Source: Candidatus Berkelbacteria bacterium (GTDB lineage: Bacteria > Patescibacteriota > UBA1384 > XYA2-FULL-43-10 > 1-14-0-10-43-13). Taken from it: 64,000 nucleotides of DNA. The stretch spans positions 1,776 to 65,775 of the forward strand of contig JBAWZC010000004.1 in the NCBI GenBank assembly GCA_037143235.1. The letters are read 5' to 3'. Each line of letters begins with the position of its first letter. The stretch's first letter is position 1. Positions 46,344 to 54,886 of the stretch are shown piece by piece. The notes beneath the pieces were generated by a model. It did not search any database. It saw only the letters and a program-made list of their open reading frames with translations, and had not been told where the DNA came from. Position numbers and translations under genes: made by a program.

Positions 46344-46799
46344 TTACAATTCTTTCTTCCAAACTGGAAAATCTTCGTTGTCGACGAATCCGACTCTCTC
46401 GTAGCCAGAAAGGTTATCGTAAAACGCCCAGCCAGTCTCTCTGTATCTAGGGCCGCTCCAGATCAAGATTTCCTTGAAGTGTAGTCGTCGAGCTTCTGAT
46501 TCAATTGCTGCAACGAGGCTCTTTCCTGTTCCTTTTCTTTTTTCTGCTCTGGACACGAACGCACTGACAATTTCAATTGATTCGTTTGGATTGCTCGCGA
46601 ATTGTATAATTTTTTCGTCCAAGGGTTTGAATCCCATAATCCCAACTACACTTTCGTTTTCGATCGCAACAAAAAAATTCTGTGGTTTCTGAGATATTTC
46701 GTCCACTCTTTCGTCGATTTCAATGTCGTCACTTATCCAGTCTGTGAGTAACTGCCGAACTGAGGACAAGTCAGATTGTTCGATATTCCTTGTGTTCAT
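46344..46799 (-). CDS. GNAT-family N-acetyltransferase
   Basis: RKGTGKSLVAAIESEARRLHFKEILI acetyl-CoA-binding motif. Confidence 0.8.
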   Translation of the reverse strand: MNTRNIEQSDLSSVRQLLTDWISDDIEIDERVDEISQKPQNFFVAIENESVVGIMGFKPLDEKIIQFASNPNESIEIVSAFVSRAEKRKGTGKSLVAAIESEARRLHFKEILIWSGPRYRETGWAFYDNLSGYERVGFVDNEDFPVWKKEL

Positions 46800-46801
46800 A
46801 A

Positions 46802-47416
46802 TTATCGGGAAATAAAATATTTAATGTTTTGGTAAAGTATATTCAGAGCGAAATAGGCAAATGCTAACGAAAATATTTTAAACATCACGGAGATAGTTTT
46901 GGGATTTGAAAGAATGGTTCGAAATCTTGAAAATACAAATGCAACACCAATGGTTGATATTAACCAGCCAGCCTCGACTAGACCAAGAAATAAATACTGT
47001 CCAGCAAAAATAAATTGACCGAGAAGTATCGCTTTTGGTACACAGACAGTGATCCAAAAAATCCACAGCACGCCATTGGCCAAAATCATGGCTGAAATAG
47101 TCGAAAGCTTGAAATGAACTTTTTCTCCGGTATCTATTTTATCGATTTTCCAGATATCAAAAGCGATCTTGGTCAAGACAGCCGCGCCAACAAACGAGAT
47201 TCCATAGAAAAAGGAAGTAGATAAGTGAAATATCGAGAGGGCGACCAGACTGATCAGTGCGATTACTGTTTCGGTCAACATTGCCCAAAAGATGATCCCG
47301 AAGCTTTTTGAAAAAGAAGATTGCAAAATCTCGGTGAAGATTGCGGCCAATACGGGACCCGGAATCAATCCACCGATCAGACCGAGGATTATTGCTGATA
47401 TTATTTGATTATCCAA
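46802..47416 (-). CDS. LysE/RhtB-family amino-acid exporter
   Basis: ILGLIGGLIPGPV and a six-TM layout. Confidence 0.65.
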   Translation of the reverse strand: MDNQIISAIILGLIGGLIPGPVLAAIFTEILQSSFSKSFGIIFWAMLTETVIALISLVALSIFHLSTSFFYGISFVGAAVLTKIAFDIWKIDKIDTGEKVHFKLSTISAMILANGVLWIFWITVCVPKAILLGQFIFAGQYLFLGLVEAGWLISTIGVAFVFSRFRTILSNPKTISVMFKIFSLAFAYFALNILYQNIKYFISR

Positions 47417-47571
47417 TTTGATTTATATATGAATTACTAGAAGCTAATTATATCAAAGAAGAGATTAAAAATTAACTATCAAGAGTTTTCTTGTAGCGCA
47501 CTGTAAAAAGTAACTGTTTATTGTTAAAATAAACCCATAATAAATGGAAAATTATAGTCAGATGGGAGTTT

Positions 47572-47928
47572 ATGAAGGACTTGGCACCGAATATTAAAAG
47601 GCAAAGGCTCCTTATTGAAGGATTCTTTTCAATTGATGTTGATCAAAAAGCAATAGAACATTTTTTCAAACAAATATTGCTGGGTCTTGAGCTAAAAGCA
47701 TATGGCAAACCAATTATCTTCTCGCCCGGAGGAGAGGGCAAAGAAGCAAATCAGGGATATGACGCTTTCATCCCGTTAATTGATTCTGGTATCTCTCTCT
47801 ATATTTGGTCAGAACCAAAATTTGTCTCAATTATTATTTATACCTGCAAGAGTTTTGATCAGGCCAAAGCGCTTGAAATTACTCAGAGTTTTTTTGATAT
47901 ATCAGAAATTGAGTTTCAGTCGTTCTAG
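47572..47928 (+). CDS. S-adenosylmethionine decarboxylase (SpeH/archaeal-type, pyruvoyl) family-like small protein. Tentative.
   Basis: LIDSGISLYIWSEPKFVSIIIYTC parallels the SpeH segment ESHISIHTWPE..A.DVFTCG around the self-cleavage Ser. Confidence 0.4.
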   Translation: MKDLAPNIKRQRLLIEGFFSIDVDQKAIEHFFKQILLGLELKAYGKPIIFSPGGEGKEANQGYDAFIPLIDSGISLYIWSEPKFVSIIIYTCKSFDQAKALEITQSFFDISEIEFQSF

Positions 47929-47954
47929 TTATGTAATGCCTCGATAAACTAAAA

Positions 47955-47986
47955 AAACACTGTCAAAAACAGTGTATTTTTATTTT
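47955..47986 (+). terminator. Rho-independent terminator after the SpeH-like gene
   Basis: ACACTGT-caaaaa-CAGTGT followed by ATTTTTATTTT. Confidence 0.7.
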
Positions 47987-48061
47987 GGTAGCCTCAAGGA
48001 GAGTTGAACTCCTCTTCCCAGATTGAAAATCTGGTGTCCTAACCGATAGACGATGAGGCCA
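47987..48061 (-). tRNA. tRNA-Glu (anticodon TTC)
   Basis: Hand-folded: GGCCTCATCGTCTATCGGTTAGGAC ..., anticodon loop TTTTCAA, T-loop TTCAACT, CCA encoded. Confidence 0.85.
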
Positions 48062-48149
48062 TAGTCGCAGAGCGACAATAATCAATTACCTAACAAAATG
48101 GTTGACTTTCTTGGTGCGGCGCTGAGCGCCGCTTTCACCACGCTAAGCG

Positions 48150-48167
48150 TGGTGGACTGCCTGGGAC
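48150..48167. repeat. 18-bp direct duplicate of the tRNA-Lys 3' end (TGGTGGACTGCCTGGGAC), 129 bp from the intact gene. Looks like an att-like integration scar.
   Basis: Identical to 48279-48296. The intervening 111 bp carry two hairpins (CTAGAAACC/GGTTTCTAG and GGGAAAC/GTTTCCC). Confidence 0.75.
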
Positions 48168-48278
48168 ATCTCACGCGCTCGACGGGCTCGCTTCTAGAAA
48201 CCGACGGTTTCTAGTATCTTCCTGCGACGGGAAACTCCCGTTTCCCGACCCCTTCCCGTTCTCGTCCCTGTCATTCCT

Positions 48279-48353
48279 TGGTGGACTGCCTGGGACTCGA
48301 ACCCAGAACCAATGCCTTAAGAGGGCACTGCTCTACCATTGAGCTAGCAATCC
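48279..48353 (-). tRNA. tRNA-Lys (anticodon CTT)
   Basis: Hand-folded: acceptor GGATTGC/GCAGTCC, anticodon loop CTCTTAA, T-loop TTCGAGT, CCA encoded. Confidence 0.85.
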
Positions 48354-48395
48354 ATAAATTAACAAAAAAATTCATCCAGGTCAAACAAATTTGGT

Positions 48396-48471
48396 TGGTA
48401 CCCGCGAAAGGAATCGAACCTTTGACCAATTGCTTAGAAGGCAACTGCTCTATCCACTGAGCTACGCGGGC
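48396..48471 (-). tRNA. tRNA-Arg (anticodon TCT)
   Basis: Hand-folded: GCCCGCGTAGCTCAGTGGATAGAGC ..., anticodon loop CTTCTAA, T-loop TTCGATT, CCA encoded. Confidence 0.85.
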
Positions 48472-48575
48472 CTAAAGACAATTTAATCGATTAATCATTT
48501 AGTCAATTAATCAATTGCTCAATAAATGAAAAAATGGACAAATGACTAAATTATTAAATGTCGGCTCTGCCGATC

Positions 48576-48652
48576 TGGTACGCCCTGAGGGATTTGAACC
48601 CCCGACCTACTGATCCGAAGTCAGTCGCTCTATCCAGCTGAGCTAAGGGCGC
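48576..48652 (-). tRNA. tRNA-Arg (anticodon TCG)
   Basis: Hand-folded: GCGCCCTTAGCTCAGCTGGATAGAGC ..., anticodon stem ACTGA/TCAGT, loop CTTCGGA, T-loop TTCAAAT, CCA encoded. Confidence 0.8.
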
Positions 48653-48693
48653 ATATTTACAAGTGCTCAAAGACGACTCAAAACAGATTCAAA

Positions 48694-48769
48694 TGGGGCG
48701 GCCAACGGGAATTGAACCCGTGACTGCAGTGCCACAAACTACCGTGATAACCACTTCACTATGGCCGCC
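48694..48769 (-). tRNA. tRNA-His (anticodon GTG) with G-1:C73
   Basis: Hand-folded: extra 5' G pairing with discriminator C73, anticodon loop TTGTGGC, T-loop TTCAATT, CCA encoded. Confidence 0.85.
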
Positions 48770-48849
48770 ATAATATTAGTTATGAGATCTTAGTATTTAG
48801 AACTTAGAAAATTACCCAGTTCTAAGATCTAAATTCTCAGCTCTATTTT

Positions 48850-48924
48850 TGGAGCAGGTAGCGGGAGTCGAACCCGCGTCTCAACCTTGGAAGGGTCGCA
48901 TAATAGCCGTTATACGATACCTGC
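48850..48924 (-). tRNA. tRNA-Gly (anticodon TCC)
   Basis: Hand-folded: acceptor GCAGGTA/TACCTGC, anticodon stem CGACC/GGTTG with loop CTTCCAA, T-arm GCGGG-TTCGACT-CCCGC, CCA encoded. The D stem is weak (3 bp). Confidence 0.75.
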
Positions 48925-48927
48925 AAA

Positions 48928-49027
48928 GCGTAATACTGCTACGGAGGATGGAGAAGGGTCGCACCTGCCTGTCGGTTTACCCGCCCATGGAGGGTAGGCA
49001 GGTAATAGCCACTATACGATACCCGCG
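48928..49027 (-). pseudogene. tRNA-like pseudo-copy: a 5' acceptor and D arm nearly identical to those of tRNA-Gly, then a 38-nt hairpin insertion, with no matching 3' acceptor strand
   Basis: The minus strand reads GCGGGTATCGTATAGTGGCTATTAC + CTGCCTACCCTCCATGGGCGGGTAAACCGACAGGCAGG + TGCGACCCTTC and then diverges. The complement TACCCGC is absent. Confidence 0.5.
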
Positions 49028-49418
49028 CAAATACTAAATAATACTAACATAATTCGTGGCTTTAGTAAACCACAAACGAAGCGGCTTGTTGTGACTTCTC
49101 GACTCGTCGAACTCACTCGAAGAATAGCAAAGTGGCAGAGTGTTGCTATTTATGGTTCGAGCCCTGCCTACCGGCAGGCAGGTTGTCGAGAACGGCCTCA
49201 AACTTCTCGACTCGTCAAACTTGCTCGAAGAATAAATGGTAATGGTTCTGCCATGTGGGGAACAATTGAGATAATAGATCGCTTTGTTGCAGACTCCTCT
49301 CAATAACAGGGAGAGTAGCAATAGGTGATTAGCCAAATCCATGATGTTCATTTCGTCATAAATGTGTTATACTCATCGAAGTGGCGAACTTTAACGCCTT
49401 TTTTATTTCCACAATATT

Positions 49419-50870
49419 ATGAACGAAGAAGTCATTTTACGTTTTGACGAAGTTACCTTTGAATACAAATACGACAAGCCATTGCTCGACGAGGCTAGTT
49501 TTAGCGTTCGCCGCAATGCCAAGATCACTTTGATGGGCCAAAATGGTGCCGGCAAAAGCTCTCTTTTTTCACTAATTGTTGGCGATTTGAAGCCAAAAGC
49601 AGGTTTGATTTCGATCGGTAAAGATATTACTATCGCCACAGCTCGACAGGTCGTCGCTCGAGAAGATTTGGAATTGACCGTGACAGAATATTTTGCCAAG
49701 GCATTTTCCTCGCCAGAACCAAAGTTGGCAGCGATGATGTTCAGAGTGATGACGGCGGTAAATCTCGATGTTCCAGCTGACCGAAAAGTCGGTGCGCTCT
49801 CAGGCGGTCAACAGGCACGCCTGTTGTTGGCTTTCGCTCTGATCCAAAATTCTGACATTCTCTTGCTCGACGAGCCGACCAACAATCTTGATCAGGCGGG
49901 GATTGATCACCTGATTGAATTTTTGATCATGTATGACAAGACCGTTATTGTGATCTCTCACGATGCGGATTTCTTGAACTGTTTTACCGAAGGGGTTATT
50001 TATTTGAATGTTTTCACTCACAAGATCGAATCGTATGTTGGCGACTATTATTCAGTTGTAGAAGAGATCGCGAAGAGAGTTGAGCGAGAGGAGCGCAAAA
50101 ACGCTCAGTTAAAGCGATCGATCATCGATCGTAAAGAAAAAGTCAACTTTTTCTCAAACAAGGGTGGCAAGATGCGTCGTTTGGCCAAAAAGCTGAAAGA
50201 CGAGACCGAGGAGCTTGAGGAAAATATTGTCGATGTCAGACACGAAGACAAAACAATTCGCAAATTTGACATACCCAAACAAGACATAGTCGGCGATATC
50301 GTGACACTGACAGGGATAACGGCGTTTCGTGACCACAAACCAGTCACCAAGGCCGTGGAAAAGATTATTCGCAAGAAGATGCATTTATTGGTCACTGGCC
50401 CAAACGGTATCGGCAAAAGCACATTTTTGCGTTCATTGGTTTCCGGTGAAAATGAAAATGCGAAGATCTTGGATGGTGTTGTTGTTGGCTACTATAGCCA
50501 AGATTTTTCCAACCTTGATTTTTCTCAAACAGTCTTCGATTCGCTTTTGTCAGCCAAGACAGAGTTGATGGATATTCAGTCAATGCGCTCGATCGCTGCT
50601 GGTTTCCTGATCGGTGGAGAATTGATGAGTCACAAAGTGAGCGAACTTTCCGAAGGCCAGAAGGGTCTATTATCTTTTGCTAGATTGGTGCTGATGCAAC
50701 CAGGATTGCTGATTTTGGATGAGCCGACCAATCATATCAATTTCCGCCATCTCCCTGTCATCGCCGAGGCAATTGACCGATACGAAGGTGCGCTGATTAT
50801 GGTCAGCCATATGCCTGATTTTGTTAGCCAGATCAATTTTGATGACTATCTCGAACTCGGAAAAGTTTAG
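49419..50870 (+). CDS. ABC-F family ATPase (tandem ABC domains with no TM domain; translation-factor-like)
   Basis: Two NBDs: GQNGAGKSSLF / LSGGQQARLLLA / LLLDEPTNNLD and GPNGIGKSTFL / LSEGQKGLLSFA / LILDEPTNH, with an inter-domain linker. Confidence 0.9.
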   Translation: MNEEVILRFDEVTFEYKYDKPLLDEASFSVRRNAKITLMGQNGAGKSSLFSLIVGDLKPKAGLISIGKDITIATARQVVAREDLELTVTEYFAKAFSSPEPKLAAMMFRVMTAVNLDVPADRKVGALSGGQQARLLLAFALIQNSDILLLDEPTNNLDQAGIDHLIEFLIMYDKTVIVISHDADFLNCFTEGVIYLNVFTHKIESYVGDYYSVVEEIAKRVEREERKNAQLKRSIIDRKEKVNFFSNKGGKMRRLAKKLKDETEELEENIVDVRHEDKTIRKFDIPKQDIVGDIVTLTGITAFRDHKPVTKAVEKIIRKKMHLLVTGPNGIGKSTFLRSLVSGENENAKILDGVVVGYYSQDFSNLDFSQTVFDSLLSAKTELMDIQSMRSIAAGFLIGGELMSHKVSELSEGQKGLLSFARLVLMQPGLLILDEPTNHINFRHLPVIAEAIDRYEGALIMVSHMPDFVSQINFDDYLELGKV

Positions 50871-51029
50871 CTGGAATATTGCTCTTGTCGTTGATTTTTG
50901 GCAGAGAATCAGTTAAAATCAGTTCAGGTTAATAAATATAATAAATATTCCAATATAAAAATGAAAGTTGAGGATACTAATCTCTAGGTTTTTGCAGAAA
51001 GTTTTTGTATTGGAGTTTGAAAGGATTTC

Positions 51030-52553
51030 ATGATAGTAACAATTTTGACGGCAATTGCAGCAGCAGTTGTTGGGGTTGTTGGTGGCTTCGCGGTGAACCG
51101 TTTTATGCTTAGTCAAAAGGCTTCAAATGCTCACACGAAGGCTGAGAAGATTATCAAAGATGCAGAATCTGAGGCCAAAGAACTGATTCTGGAGGCCAAG
51201 GACGAGGCGATCAAAGAAAAGGAAAGTGCCAAGAAAGAGTATCAGGAAAAGGTCAAAAGTGTTGAAAAGGTGGAGACAGATTTGAGGAAGAGAGAACAAA
51301 ATCTTGACTCTCGTTTTGATCAGCTCGATCAGTCGAGAAAAGATGTCGAGAAAAAGGGTGCTGAGATCGAAGAAATCAAACAAACCTTGCGCGATTTGCG
51401 TAAAAAACAGGAAGACAGTCTCGAGCGTATCGCCAAAATGACCAAAGATGAGGCCAAAAAGGTTCTGCTCGATGTGATCGAAAAACAAAGCAAAGAAGAG
51501 CTGGTTCGCAAGATTCGCGAAGTAGATGAGTTTGTGCGTGAAAGTGCCGAAGACAAGGCCAAAGAAATCATTGTTACGGCGATGCAGCGCATCTCCGCTG
51601 AGACTGCAGCTGAAAATACGACCTCTACTGTTCAGATACCAAATGACGAGATGAAGGGGCGTCTGATCGGCCGTGAAGGACGAAATATTCAGTCCTTCGA
51701 GCGTATCACTGGCGTTGATCTGATTATCGATGATACCCCAGACGCAGTCGTGATTTCCTCCTTTGATCCTATCCGCCGACAGGTCGCCAAGATCACTCTT
51801 GAGCAATTGGTCTCGGACGGCCGAGTCCATCCGACCAGAGTCGAGGAAATGCACGAAAAAGCCAAAAAGATCGTGGCTGAGGATGTGCGTAAATCTGGCG
51901 AACAGGCTGCCTATGATGCAGGCGTGCCAGGCTTGCCGCCAGAGATCGTGAAGATCTTGGGTCGGCTTAAATATCGAACTTCTTTTGGTCAAAATCAGCT
52001 TTACCACGCCGTGGAAGTCTCGAGAATTTCGGGCCTAATCGCCGATGAGATGGGCGTAGAAAGCTCTATGGTCAAAAAAGCGGGCTTATTGCACGATTTA
52101 GGTAAAGCAGTCGACCATGAAGTTTCTGGCTCCCATGCAGTCATTTCAGCGGATATTATGCGTAAATTCAAGCTACCAAAGGATCTGATCCACGCTGTAG
52201 AGGCACATCACGGAGATGTCGAGATGGAAACAGTCGAGGCGGCCATCGTTCAGATTGCCGATGCCATCTCCTCTGCGAGACCAGGCGCTCGTCGTGAATC
52301 TCTTGAATTCCACCTAAAAAGATTGGGTGAGCTTGAGCGTGTGGCTAACTCCTTCCCAGGGGTTGAGAAATCATACGCGATTCAAGCTGGTCGTGAAGTT
52401 CGTATCTTGGTCAAGCCTGAGGAGATCGATGATCTTACAGCCTCAAAACTAGCCAAAGATATCGCCAAGAAGGTTGAGGAAGAAGTGCAGTATCCAGGCC
52501 AGGTCAAGATTCAGGTTATTCGTGAAGTTAGGGCCGTCGAATACGCGAAATAA
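51030..52553 (+). CDS. rny: Ribonuclease Y
   Basis: N-terminal TM helix, coiled coil, KH domain (GRLIGREGRNIQSFERITGVDLIIDD) and HD domain (LLHDLGKAVDHEV ... HHGD). Confidence 0.9.
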   Translation: MIVTILTAIAAAVVGVVGGFAVNRFMLSQKASNAHTKAEKIIKDAESEAKELILEAKDEAIKEKESAKKEYQEKVKSVEKVETDLRKREQNLDSRFDQLDQSRKDVEKKGAEIEEIKQTLRDLRKKQEDSLERIAKMTKDEAKKVLLDVIEKQSKEELVRKIREVDEFVRESAEDKAKEIIVTAMQRISAETAAENTTSTVQIPNDEMKGRLIGREGRNIQSFERITGVDLIIDDTPDAVVISSFDPIRRQVAKITLEQLVSDGRVHPTRVEEMHEKAKKIVAEDVRKSGEQAAYDAGVPGLPPEIVKILGRLKYRTSFGQNQLYHAVEVSRISGLIADEMGVESSMVKKAGLLHDLGKAVDHEVSGSHAVISADIMRKFKLPKDLIHAVEAHHGDVEMETVEAAIVQIADAISSARPGARRESLEFHLKRLGELERVANSFPGVEKSYAIQAGREVRILVKPEEIDDLTASKLAKDIAKKVEEEVQYPGQVKIQVIREVRAVEYAK

Positions 52554-52636
52554 GATTATCAATGACCATTTAATTATCAATAACCAATTGTTAATATTGG
52601 AAATTGAAAATTAAAAAATTAATTGGAAACTGAAAA

Positions 52637-53434
52637 TTGAAAATTGATAAATTATTAAAAATTCTATTTATCGGAGACATAGTTGGCAAGCCCGGTCGGA
52701 GAGCTGCCAAGCTATTTTTGGCTGAAAATAAGAAAAAGTATGACCTAGTTTTTGCGAACGGAGAAAATCTAGCAAGCGGTCATGGTATGGTTATGACGAA
52801 GTATGATGAGATGACCGAAGCCGGCATCGACTATTTTACTTCTGGCAATCATATTTGGGACAAACCTGATTTTGAACCAGCGCTGGACGATGAAAATATT
52901 CATGTTCTTCGACCCCTAAATTATCCAGAGACAAAACCAGGTCGTGGTATGGCAGAGATAAGCGTCGGCGACAGCAAGATCGTATTGATCAATTTGCTCG
53001 GCAGAGTCTTTATCAAGGATGAGCTTCGTGATCCTTTCGCAGTTGTAAACGAAATTGTATCTCACCATAGCGACAAAATCATTGTTATCGACCTACACGC
53101 CGAAGCAACCAGCGAGAAGATCGCCATGAAATTTTATCTCGATGGTCGTATTGCGGCTCTGGTTGGCACACATACTCATGTCCAAACCGCTGACGAAGAA
53201 ATCACACCAAAGGGGACCGCTTATATCACAGATCTGGGCATGTGTGGCCCGACAAACTCTGTTTTGGGCGTCGAAAAAGATACTATTATCAAACAGTTCT
53301 TGACAGGAGAGAACCAATCGCATAAAGTAGCAACAGGAGAAGTAAATTTTTCGGCTGTCGAAATTAATATCGACAGGGAGTCGAAAAAAGCTACCTCCAT
53401 TCGCAGAATATCCCAAAAGTACGCAGCCAATTAA
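52637..53434 (+). CDS. ymdB: YmdB-family metallophosphoesterase (2',3'-cyclic-nucleotide 2'-phosphodiesterase)
   Basis: ILFIGDIVGKPGR, ANGENLASGHG and GNHIWD. Lies immediately downstream of rny, as in Firmicutes. Confidence 0.85.
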   Translation: MKIDKLLKILFIGDIVGKPGRRAAKLFLAENKKKYDLVFANGENLASGHGMVMTKYDEMTEAGIDYFTSGNHIWDKPDFEPALDDENIHVLRPLNYPETKPGRGMAEISVGDSKIVLINLLGRVFIKDELRDPFAVVNEIVSHHSDKIIVIDLHAEATSEKIAMKFYLDGRIAALVGTHTHVQTADEEITPKGTAYITDLGMCGPTNSVLGVEKDTIIKQFLTGENQSHKVATGEVNFSAVEINIDRESKKATSIRRISQKYAAN

Positions 53435-53450
53435 TTTTCCTCGGAAGGGG

Positions 53451-53732
53451 GTGATAGAGATGAATAAAAACGAGTTGATCAACGAAATTGCTCGCAAAAC
53501 CGGTCTATCCCGTCGTGAATCAGAAGTAGGGGTGCAAACCATGCTTGATCTCATCGCCAAAGAATTGGTTAAAGGCGGCAAAGTAACACTGACAGGTTTC
53601 GGCACATTTGATGTCGGCAAACGCAAAGCTAGAGCAGGTGTAAACCCTCGCACAGCCAAACCAATCAAGATCCCAGCGTCCAAGATGCCTAGGTTCAAAC
53701 CAAGCAAGAATATCCGAACCAAGATCAAATAA
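53451..53732 (+). CDS. hup: DNA-binding protein HU
   Basis: MNKNELINEIARKTGLSRRESEV ... GFGTFDVGKRKARAGVNPRT. Confidence 0.9.
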   Translation: MIEMNKNELINEIARKTGLSRRESEVGVQTMLDLIAKELVKGGKVTLTGFGTFDVGKRKARAGVNPRTAKPIKIPASKMPRFKPSKNIRTKIK

Positions 53733-53764
53733 TTTTAAAATCAAAAACAAAAATTAAAAAAGCT

Positions 53765-53796
53765 ATCTCGTGAGATAGCTTTTTTAATACATATTG
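53765..53796 (+). terminator. Rho-independent terminator after hup
   Basis: AAAAAAGCTATCTCG-tga-GATAGCTTTTTT. Confidence 0.8.
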
Positions 53797-54032
53797 ATTT
53801 GCCGGCGCTTAGTCTCTATTTCTGTCATTCCTGCACTTTTGTCATCTCGACTCCCCGCAGGGGGCGGAGAGATCTTTTGAGTACAAGAGGATTTCTCCAC
53901 AAGGTCGAAATGACAATCTGGTCTTATTAGCTTAAACACTTACCAGCTTACTAGCTTTTTTACTGTCCCTAGGTGTCATATCCGCCGAAATATGCTAGAA
54001 TAATTTCACAGTCAGATCTATTGACTTGATCG

Positions 54033-54108
54033 GCCCCAGTAGCTCAGTGGATAGAGCGAGACACTCCTAACGTCTAGGTCACAGGTCCGATTCCTGTCTG
54101 GGGCACCA
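54033..54108 (+). tRNA. tRNA-Arg (anticodon CCT)
   Basis: Hand-folded: acceptor GCCCCAG/CTGGGGC, anticodon loop CTCCTAA (with one A-C mismatch closing the anticodon stem), T-loop TCCGATT, CCA encoded. Confidence 0.75.
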
Positions 54109-54203
54109 TTCGACTTCATTTCGTTTCACTCCATTACGCTCATGGCTATAGCCATATTGGAAATAATTAATTTTAATAAATGACGGTTAGAAATTAGTAC
54201 TCT

Positions 54204-54740
54204 TTGGGTATGGAATATCGAATCTGTATTTTGGGAAATCCGGGCAGCGGTAAGACAACTCTGGCGAAGGCATTGTCAGAGAAATTTGATTTGCCGATTT
54301 TTCATTTGGATCGAGAATTCTTGGTTGGAAATTTCGAGCCATTGGCCGAAGAAGAGAGGATAGCAAGGCACCGAGCACAGATCAAGAAAAAATCTTGGAT
54401 AATTGACGGTAATTACCGAAACCCCGAGTTTCCTGAGCGGATCAAGGAAGCAGATCTCGTCATATTTTTGGATACAAGTAGAGTCGTAACAGTACCAAGG
54501 GTACTTTTGCGGACAGTGATGAGCGGACAGGATCTCAAGACTATCCCCGAGGGAGCTATTCCCAGTAGCCTTAGTTGGGAATTTTTGAAATATCTTTTGA
54601 CCTGCAACAGGAGAAAAATTCTCAGAGAATTAAAAATTATCTGCAAAACAGAAAATACGAAGCTGCTTGTGCTAAAGAATCAGCCTGTCAGTAAGATGGT
54701 CTCAGAGGTTGCTGCATATTTAAAATTGGCAACTAAATAG
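54204..54740 (+). CDS. P-loop NTPase of the adenylate-kinase / topology-modulation (FlaR-like) type
   Basis: ICILGNPGSGKTTLAKAL and a small 178-aa NMP-kinase-like size. Confidence 0.55.
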   Translation: MGMEYRICILGNPGSGKTTLAKALSEKFDLPIFHLDREFLVGNFEPLAEEERIARHRAQIKKKSWIIDGNYRNPEFPERIKEADLVIFLDTSRVVTVPRVLLRTVMSGQDLKTIPEGAIPSSLSWEFLKYLLTCNRRKILRELKIICKTENTKLLVLKNQPVSKMVSEVAAYLKLATK

Positions 54741-54886
54741 TTACGGTTAAAAATTTTCTTCAAAAAGCCAGCAAGGCCATGAAATATGGATATATACTCT
54801 CTTTTGGTGTATGATTTTCGTAGCGCTGGTTGCGGTTTGTTACCAGAACATTGCGTGATGAAACAATATTTAGAGATAGGAGAGCT

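Noticed and set aside
48849-49351. ORFs 48849..49037 (+), 49034..49351 (-) and 49091..49306 (+)
   Set aside because: They overlap tRNA-Gly(TCC), its pseudo-copy and the repeat/hairpin block. None has motifs or a ribosome-binding site.
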